From: Candidatus Bathyarchaeota archaeon
Lineage (GTDB): Archaea > Thermoproteota > Bathyarchaeia > Bathyarchaeales > Bathycorpusculaceae
Direction of reading: 5' to 3'
Length of the DNA: 64,000 bases
NCBI GenBank assembly: GCA_963715865.1
Contig: OY970280.1
Coordinates: 2,048,001 to 2,112,000, forward strand
A program made the translations under genes and the position numbers. This document shows, piece after piece, positions 57,118 to 64,000 of this stretch. The notes below the pieces were generated by a model that did no database searches, was not told the DNA's origin, and saw nothing but the letters and a program-made list of their open reading frames with translations. The stretch's first letter is position 1; each line of letters opens with the position of its first letter.

Positions 57118-57333
57118 CCTGATATGTGTTAAAGTTCTTTATTGGCTGGCTGTAGAAAAGCCTTTCCCGTTAACTTGCTTATGGAAATTGTTGAATGGTT
57201 CTTGTTTATGGGTGTTTTTCAATGGACTTATAAGGAAGTCCCGTATTAAGTTGGGCAGTAACGTTCCGTTACAAGGCAAATGCTAGTAACAGCAACGTTA
57301 CACAAAGCAACAACAAAAAAGGAGCAAAAGAAA

Positions 57334-57621
57334 ATGACTCAAAACGCAGATGTTATCTTCGTCGGAAACAAACCTCCAATGAGCTATGTTCTGGCAATCA
57401 TAACAAGCCTCTCCTCAGGAACCCTCAAAGAAATCACTTTGAAAGCTCGAGGCCAAGCCATAACCACCGCTGTTGACGCCGCTGAGATAGCAAGAAACCG
57501 GTTCATAAAAGACCTTAAAGTTAGCAAGATCGCTATCGGAACAGCAGAGATGCCACCACGTGAGGGAGAGAGCAAGTCCAGAATGGTTTCAACGATGGAG
57601 ATAACGCTAAGCAAAAAGTAA
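57334..57621 (+). CDS. Alba paralogue
   Basis: IFVGNKPPMSYV, KARGQAITTAVDAAE, VSTMEI. Confidence 0.92.
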   Translation: MTQNADVIFVGNKPPMSYVLAIITSLSSGTLKEITLKARGQAITTAVDAAEIARNRFIKDLKVSKIAIGTAEMPPREGESKSRMVSTMEITLSKK

Positions 57622-57956
57622 AACTGGAACAGAGCAAACATAAGCAAGAAACCACTTCAAAACTTTCTTTTATTTTTTGATACTAATTGCTTTTTTACAT
57701 TGGCATTTCAAATTTGACCCTAACCTTTGAATCTGCATCCTGCTCATTCAACAGCGCCATCACAACCAAAAGCGACATTCTGGATCCAAATATCTTGTAC
57801 CCCCAATTCATTATTTTGTAAATTCAAAATATTAAAGAGGAGGAGATAGGTCACGCCTGAGTACTAGAGAACGTAAACTTGCAACTTAAGTGTTGTTTGC
57901 ATCGTAAGGTTAAATAGCTGATTTTGTTAGTTAGAGAATTATTTCGTGTGAGAGCA

Positions 57957-59247
57957 ATGTTAGATATCAAGCTTATTCGTGAGAACCCGGAATTTGTAAA
58001 AAACAATTTGGCGAAGCGTGGCAACCCTGAAGCCATCCAAATGCTGGAGGATTTAATCGCTGTTGACAAGGAATGGCGATTGAATCTCACTAAACTAAAC
58101 GAGCTGCGCCACCAGCGAAAGCAGGTAACTATAGAAATCGCTAAACTAAAAAAAGCTGGCAAGGAAGCCACAAGCGAAGTTGAAAGAGCACAAGACATCG
58201 ACGAAAAAATTACTTTGTTAGAAAAACAGGTAACCGAGCAAGAACAGAAAACACACGGCTACCTCATGCAACTCCCAAACCTGCTAGATGAAAGTGTTCC
58301 GCTTGGAAAAGACGCTAACGACAACGTTCAAATAAAAACCTGGGGAACAATCCCAAAATTCAATTTCCCAATAAAAAATCACATCGACTTAGCCTTAGAT
58401 TTAGACCAAATCGATATGGAAAGAGCAGGAAAAATATCTGGCGCAAGATTCTTCTACCTCAAAAACCAAGTCGCACTATTAGACATGGCGCTGATGAGCT
58501 TCGCCATCGAGGAACTAACAAAAAAAGGCTATACGCCAATTATACCGCCATATTTGATGAAGCGTGAAGCATACGAAGGCGTAACAGCACTAGGCGACTT
58601 CGCCGATGTCCTCTACAAAGTGGAAAACGAAGACCTATACCTAATCGCCACTTCAGAACACCCCATGGCTGCAATGTTCATGAACGAAGTCTTAAAAGAA
58701 CAAGACATGCCGCTAAAACTCGCTGGAATAAGCACTTGCTTCAGAAAGGAAGCTGGAGCACACGGCAAAGACACAAGGGGAATATTTCGCACCCACCAAT
58801 TCAACAAGATAGAACAATTCATCTTCTGCAAGCCAGAAGACTCAGCTAAGCTAGCATGAGGAACTACTGCAGAACGCTGAGGATTTACTTCAAAAACTTG
58901 AATTGCCGTATCGTGTTGTCAACGTTTGCACAGGCGACATTGGAACCGTAGCAGCCAAAAAATACGACATCGAAGCTTGGATGCCAGCGCAAAACGGTTA
59001 CCGCGAAGTTGTTTCATGCAGCAACTGCACCGATTACCAAGCAAGGCGCTTAGGCATTCGTTACCGGGAAAAAGAGGGTGCGCCACCAAAAGGGTTTGTT
59101 CATACATTAAACTCGACAGCCATAGCTACAGGCAGAACCATAGTTGCCATACTAGAAAACAATCAACAACAAGACGGCACAATAAACATACCGAAAGCCT
59201 TAAGAAAATACATGGGTAACCTCGAGAAAATAGACAGAAAACGCTAA
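57957..59247 (+). CDS. serS: Serine--tRNA ligase with a +1 frameshift at about 58854
   Basis: [31 protein letters not shown] / [25 protein letters not shown]. Confidence 0.92.
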
Positions 59248-59297
59248 ACCTTTTAATATTTCCTTGAGAATGTTGAGGCACGTTCGGAGAAATAAAT

Positions 59298-59912
59298 TTG
59301 TCTTCAAAAACAAAACATGTACGAGATAAATGGCGTGGAAAAGGATGGTACATGGTGATTGCGCCATCCTTCTTTGGCAACGTTGAGTTAGGTTCCATAC
59401 CAGCGCAAGAGCCAGAACAACTCATCGGCAGAGTTGTTGAAGCAACTTTATATGATATAACAAGCGACTTTTCTCATCATTATTTGAAAATGTTTTTCCA
59501 AGTTAACGAGATTGACGGAAAAACCGCCAAAACGCTCTTTAAGGGTCATGAATACTCACGAGATTACCTCCGAAGCCTGGTTAGAAGAAGAACAACAAAA
59601 GTTGATGCATTAATCAACCTCACTACAAAAGACGGATTCAAACTTAGAATTGCAGTTTCAGCGCTGACACTTTCCAGAATAAAGACATCACAAGAAAAGA
59701 TAATCCGCAAAATAATGGAAAAAATAATACATGAAAAAGCCGACGCATTATCACTCGACCAGTTCGTTCAAGAAATGGTTCTTGGAAAAATCGCTTCAGA
59801 CATCTACAACCAAGCTAAAGAAGTTGCACCACTAAGGCATGTCGGTATAAGAAAATCCAAATTAATAGCGCAACCGCAAGCGCCACTGCAAGAAGCCCAA
59901 GCTGAAGCATAA
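59298..59912 (+). CDS. rps3ae: 30S ribosomal protein S3Ae
   Basis: RDKWRGKGWY..APSFF..., DYLRSLVRRRTTKVD, IRKSKL. Confidence 0.95.
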   Translation: MSSKTKHVRDKWRGKGWYMVIAPSFFGNVELGSIPAQEPEQLIGRVVEATLYDITSDFSHHYLKMFFQVNEIDGKTAKTLFKGHEYSRDYLRSLVRRRTTKVDALINLTTKDGFKLRIAVSALTLSRIKTSQEKIIRKIMEKIIHEKADALSLDQFVQEMVLGKIASDIYNQAKEVAPLRHVGIRKSKLIAQPQAPLQEAQAEA

Positions 59913-60008
59913 CCTAACTTATTATCATTCCTTTTCTTAAGGGCAAAATACTTTAGAAGCGATAATCTAAAATAAAATTCTTCAGGTGAACACTAAGGGG
60001 TATTATAT

Positions 60009-60467
60009 TTGTCGGCAAAAGCAGGAGTACATGAAAAAGGAACCTTCACAGTTCAAGACACCATAAACAACATTAAAAAAGACACCAACTACCACAAAGC
60101 CGGAGCAATAGCACTTTTTATCGGCGTAGTAAGAGGAGAAACCTTAGAGGGAGAAAAAGTCGAAAAGCTCAAACTGGAAGCATACGAAGAAAAAGCCAAC
60201 CAAGTCCTCACCAAAATATGCGATGACTTATCCAAAAAACCTGGAATAGTTAACGTTCAAATCCACCATTTACTCGGCGAATTCAACGTTGGAGACGATT
60301 TAGTTTATGTTGCAGTTGCTGGTTCTCACCGAACAGATGTTTTTCCAGTCCTGCGGGAAGCTGTAGAGAGATACAAAAGCGAAGCACCTGTTTTCAAAAA
60401 AGAACACGTAGTTGATTCAAAGGGTTCTGCAGCTGAATATTGGGTTTCAGAAAAACACAACCATTAA
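60009..60467 (+). CDS. moaE: Molybdopterin synthase catalytic subunit
   Basis: GAIALFIGVVR, EAYEE, VAGSHR, PVFKKE. Confidence 0.92.
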   Translation: MSAKAGVHEKGTFTVQDTINNIKKDTNYHKAGAIALFIGVVRGETLEGEKVEKLKLEAYEEKANQVLTKICDDLSKKPGIVNVQIHHLLGEFNVGDDLVYVAVAGSHRTDVFPVLREAVERYKSEAPVFKKEHVVDSKGSAAEYWVSEKHNH

Positions 60468-60501
60468 CATCTTCCTAAATCATCAATTGGCATGAAAGGG
60501 T

Positions 60502-61419
60502 ATGATTACGGCTTTAGCGGGTGGTGTTGGCGCAGCCAGGTTTCTCACTGGCTTATTGAGGCTTGTTAAAGAGGAAGATGTGTCGGTAATAGTGAATACT
60601 GGCGACGACATTGAAATGTTCGGTTTGCACATTTCGCCAGACATCGACATTGTAGCATACACTTTAGCAGGCATTGTTGATGAGGAGAAAGGTTGGGGAA
60701 TAAAAGGCGACACTTTTCAATGCCTCGAGATGCTCAAAAAATTCGGCTTAGAAACATGGTTTGCCTTGGGCGACAAGGATTTTGCAACTCATATTTTTCG
60801 AACTGACTTGATGAAAAAAGGGTTTACGCTTTCGCAGGTAACCGATGAAATTTGCCGTGCTTTAGGGATTAAAGTTAACATTTTGCCAATGACGAATGAT
60901 AAGTTTGAGACCAGGATAAAAATTGAGGAAGGGTCAGTTCATTTCGAAGAGTATTTTGTTAAAAGACAAGCGAAAGACAAGGTTTTAGGCGTTGAGTTTG
61001 TCGGTGCCGTTAACGCGAAACCTTCACCTAAAGTTATAGATTCAATCATGGATGCGGAAGTGGTTGTTATTTGTCCCAGCAATCCGATAGTTAGCATTGG
61101 CACCATTCTGGCGGTTGATGGAATAAGAGATGCATTGAGGAAGACAAGCGCCAGAGTTGTTGGGGTTAGTCCTATAGTTGCTGGTGCTCCGATTAAGGGT
61201 CCTGCAGATAAACTATTACGTGGTTTAGGTTTTGAAGTTTCAGCTTTTTCTGTTGCTAAGCTTTACGCTGATTTTCTAGACACTTTTGTCATTGATAATA
61301 TGGATGTTGCTGAAAAAAGTCGCATAGAGAATCTTGGAATCACCGTGAAAATTACGAATACCGTAATGAAGAGTTTAGAAGATAAAGTTCAGTTGGCAAA
61401 GGCTGTTCTGGAAGACTAG
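60502..61419 (+). CDS. cofD: 2-phospho-L-lactate transferase (F420 synthesis)
   Basis: LAGGVGAARFL, NTGDD, ISPDID, PSNPIVSI. Confidence 0.93.
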   Translation: MITALAGGVGAARFLTGLLRLVKEEDVSVIVNTGDDIEMFGLHISPDIDIVAYTLAGIVDEEKGWGIKGDTFQCLEMLKKFGLETWFALGDKDFATHIFRTDLMKKGFTLSQVTDEICRALGIKVNILPMTNDKFETRIKIEEGSVHFEEYFVKRQAKDKVLGVEFVGAVNAKPSPKVIDSIMDAEVVVICPSNPIVSIGTILAVDGIRDALRKTSARVVGVSPIVAGAPIKGPADKLLRGLGFEVSAFSVAKLYADFLDTFVIDNMDVAEKSRIENLGITVKITNTVMKSLEDKVQLAKAVLED

Positions 61420-61835
61420 CTTAAAAATCAGGAAATATATAGACTACTTAACTGTCTATATACTATTTGGATAGTCTAAATAAGCCAGAAAAAGAAAGTT
61501 TCTTCCACACAGGAGTGCCATGCAAATGAAGAAAGCAAAAAAGCGGCATGCAAAACTCGAAGTGTCATGGTACTTCATCCATGTGTAATGCAGGGTTAAG
61601 CATGTTAAGGGTTTAGTGAGGGGGGTAAATTGTGAAGGGAAAGATGAGTGATAAAAGGCAGGCACAGGCTAAAAAGACTAATCTTGTGGATTGGCTTTTG
61701 GCGATTGATGCATGCTTGATGTGACATATCCAAAAAGGAAGCATTTGGAAGAAAACCTATGCGATTGAAGTTATGCCATATTAAGAGAAGGGTTATATCT
61801 GAAACCAATTCAATAATGTAAGCAGTGATGAGGCA

Positions 61836-62504
61836 ATGGAAAGAAAAAGTTACGATTGGTTTGAGCAGCGCCGAAAAACAAGAGGTTTAGAGCTTGCGCA
61901 TGAACAAATAACCAAAGCTTTTGACACAGTAACGTGGCTGTATAAAGCTACCAAAAGCTTTTCAGAAAAAAATTTCAAAGAATCGAAAAAGTACATTGAA
62001 AACTTGTATAAGACCGAAGAAGGAGTTGACCAGCTTCGAACAGATGTCTTCATGGAGTTATCCAAGGGTGCAGCTCTTGTAGCAGATTATCGTGAAGACC
62101 TGTTACACCTTGTTAAACGATTAGATACGTTGGCAGATCACACTAAAGATGCCGCAAGATGCCTTGAAATGCTTGCTGAAGCAGAAATTCCACAGGAGCT
62201 ATGCGAAAAAACTGTTCTCATGACTGCAAAACTTGTTGAAACAGCTCAGACATTAAGAAGCAGTATAGAAAAAATCTCATCGAACCCAACAGAAGCCATT
62301 AAAGAAGCGAAACAAGTCGGGGAAATAGAACACGCAATAGACATTGAATACCTTAAAACCAAAAGCTTATTCGTGAAATACGGCGTAAACATAAACTGCG
62401 GAGCCATGGTAATATTCGACGACCTGATAGAATTTATCGAGCAAGCAGCAGACATGTGCGCTGACACAGCAGACTACATTCTGGTACTCTCAAGCAGAGA
62501 ATAA
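61836..62504 (+). CDS. DUF47 / PhoU-like phosphate transport regulator
   Basis: EEGVDQLR, REDLLHLVKRLD.LAD, EHAID. Confidence 0.88.
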   Translation: MERKSYDWFEQRRKTRGLELAHEQITKAFDTVTWLYKATKSFSEKNFKESKKYIENLYKTEEGVDQLRTDVFMELSKGAALVADYREDLLHLVKRLDTLADHTKDAARCLEMLAEAEIPQELCEKTVLMTAKLVETAQTLRSSIEKISSNPTEAIKEAKQVGEIEHAIDIEYLKTKSLFVKYGVNINCGAMVIFDDLIEFIEQAADMCADTADYILVLSSRE

Positions 62505-62691
62505 ACAGCCCTTAACTGTTTCTTTAATTATTTATTTTTTAGAATTCCTTTACGTTATCGTCTTAGGGCTAAATTGCTTTTTATAAGTTTTTTATAATTT
62601 GGTGGCGGGCACGGTGGACTTCGTTGATGGTTCTTGAAGTTCAACAGTTTATATATTCTATTCTTACATGTGATTTCTTGTAAGGATGGCA

Positions 62692-64000
62692 ATGAGAAAG
62701 CACAAGTGGTTGCTAATTATCCTAATTTCCCTTATTCTAATTCAGTCATACTGTATGTCGGTAGCCTCAGGTACCAGCGACAATTCCAGCACCGACGACT
62801 GGACGATGTTCCGCCATGACCCAAACCACAGCGGCTACACAACTTACAACAATCCAACGAATTCCGCCATACTCTTGTGGAATTACACAGCAGGCAGAGA
62901 TGTACAGTCTTCCCCCACAATAGCTAACGGCTGCGTTTTCGTAGGTTCCAGAGACAGCCAGGTTTACTGTCTCAACTCCTCCAACGGGGAACCAGTATGG
63001 AAGTTCCCAATTAGAAGTGAAGTATGGTCATCGCCTGCCATCTATAATGGGCGTGTCTACATAGGCGCAGATGACGGATTTATTTACTGTCTAAACAGTA
63101 CCACAGGAATACCTCTTTGGAGATCGCCAGCCGGAGGTCAAGTGAGGTCTTCGCCTGCAATTGCGGATGGTCGCATCTACGTGGGTTCAGGGGACCACAA
63201 TGTTTTCTGTATTAACGCTTCAGATGGAGCTACAATATGGAGTTACCCAACGTTATACCGTGTAGATTCATCGCCTGCAGTCTCAGACGGCATAGTGTAC
63301 GTTGCCACCGACGACTATTGTGTTTACGCTCTTAATGCGTCTACAGGCATCGAAATATGGAACCGCCACACTGGAAGTACCATCTCCTCGCCTAGCGTAT
63401 ACAATGGTTGCGTCTACATAGGCTCATACGACGGCTACGTCTGTAGTTTGAATGCTTCCACAGGCGCCCAGATTTGGAAATATCAAACAGAAGATTGCAT
63501 GAACTCTTCTCCAGCTGTCGCTTACGGATGCGTTTATATAGGCTCCGAGGACAATAACGTTTATTGCCTAAACGCTTCAAACGGCAAGAAAATATGGCAG
63601 AGCCCAACTGGCTATTGGGTCCGGTCTTCCCCTGCAGTTGCAGACGGCAACGTGTATGTCGGCTCTGAAGACTACAGCGTTTATTGTCTTGATGCTTTTA
63701 CAGGGGCAAAGAAATGGAGTTACGAAACTGGAAATATTGTAGAGTCTTCGCCAGCTATTGCGAACGGTACGCTTTACGTTGGTTCTAACGACTTTCGTGT
63801 CTACGCTTTTGCCTTATACAATTCGACCGCTGAATCCTTACCTTTACAATCTACCAACTCTTTAACATGGACTACGATTGCGTTTGATGCAATTGCATGT
63901 GGTGTAGGGACCGTGATTATTTTTGAAATCATACGCTTCGTTAACTCGACTAGGCGAGCCAAGCGAAAAACTAAAGTCACGAAAATTTCTGCACAAAAGG
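62692..64000 (+). CDS. Secreted PQQ-like 8-bladed beta-propeller with TM anchor (runs off window end)
   Basis: Manual translation: signal peptide, DWTMFRHDPNHSG, eight 40-aa SSP...VYVGS.D...YCL...G...W repeats. Confidence 0.9.
   Translation, partial: MRKHKWLLIILISLILIQSYCMSVASGTSDNSSTDDWTMFRHDPNHSGYTTYNNPTNSAILLWNYTAGRDVQSSPTIANGCVFVGSRDSQVYCLNSSNGEPVWKFPIRSEVWSSPAIYNGRVYIGADDGFIYCLNSTTGIPLWRSPAGGQVRSSPAIADGRIYVGSGDHNVFCINASDGATIWSYPTLYRVDSSPAVSDGIVYVATDDYCVYALNASTGIEIWNRHTGSTISSPSVYNGCVYIGSYDGYVCSLNASTGAQIWKYQTEDCMNSSPAVAYGCVYIGSEDNNVYCLNASNGKKIWQSPTGYWVRSSPAVADGNVYVGSEDYSVYCLDAFTGAKKWSYETGNIVESSPAIANGTLYVGSNDFRVYAFALYNSTAESLPLQSTNSLTWTTIAFDAIACGVGTVIIFEIIRFVNSTRRAKRKTKVTKISAQK

Noticed and set aside
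61440-61830. Short frames between cofD and DUF47 (e.g. MQMKKAKKRHAKLEVSWYFIHV)
   Set aside because: Several competing short frames with no motif; cannot be supported
62600-62623. tRNA 3'-end-like TGGTGGCGGGCACGGTGGACTTCG
   Set aside because: Spacing to the putative T-loop is off by 2 nt and the loop is non-canonical
3223-63607. Numerous antisense and overlapping ORFs in the track (e.g. 11925-12371, 31977-32444, 44315-44842, 45924-46598, 55374-55805)
   Set aside because: Shadow frames of well-supported genes with no independent motifs or signals

Overview
Archaeal chromosomal window, most consistent with Bathyarchaeia (Thermoproteota). This is inferred from histones, two Alba genes, rps25e, rps26e, rps3ae, a tetraether synthase and frequent TTG/GTG starts. 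The core genes are rpl40e, aspS, purB, hel308, iscS-iscU-sufS, rps17e, tatD, tes, trpB2, thermosome, rpoK, pyrC, serS, moaE and cofD. Three accessory zones interrupt them. (1) A 1.9-kb insert (6089-8029) is bounded by an exact 17-bp direct repeat that looks like a duplicated bidirectional promoter; it carries a helically phased ACGCA array, a nested hairpin, a small DNA-binding-like gene and a possible integrase remnant. (2) A surface-glycosylation region (about 15-33.4 kb) has CDP-sugar and C-methyltransferase genes, a PRTase-HAD fusion and several broken glycosyltransferases. (3) A 5.5-kb island (about 48.9-54.3 kb) has a duplicated histone variant, an 18-aa histone-H1-like micropeptide, a TIR protein, a nuclease-like gene and an operon of micro-ORFs ending in an RpoP homologue; most of these micro-ORFs are absent from the ORF track. 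rpoK has no canonical start codon (ACG) and serS carries a +1 frameshift. No complete tRNA, rRNA or CRISPR array was found.
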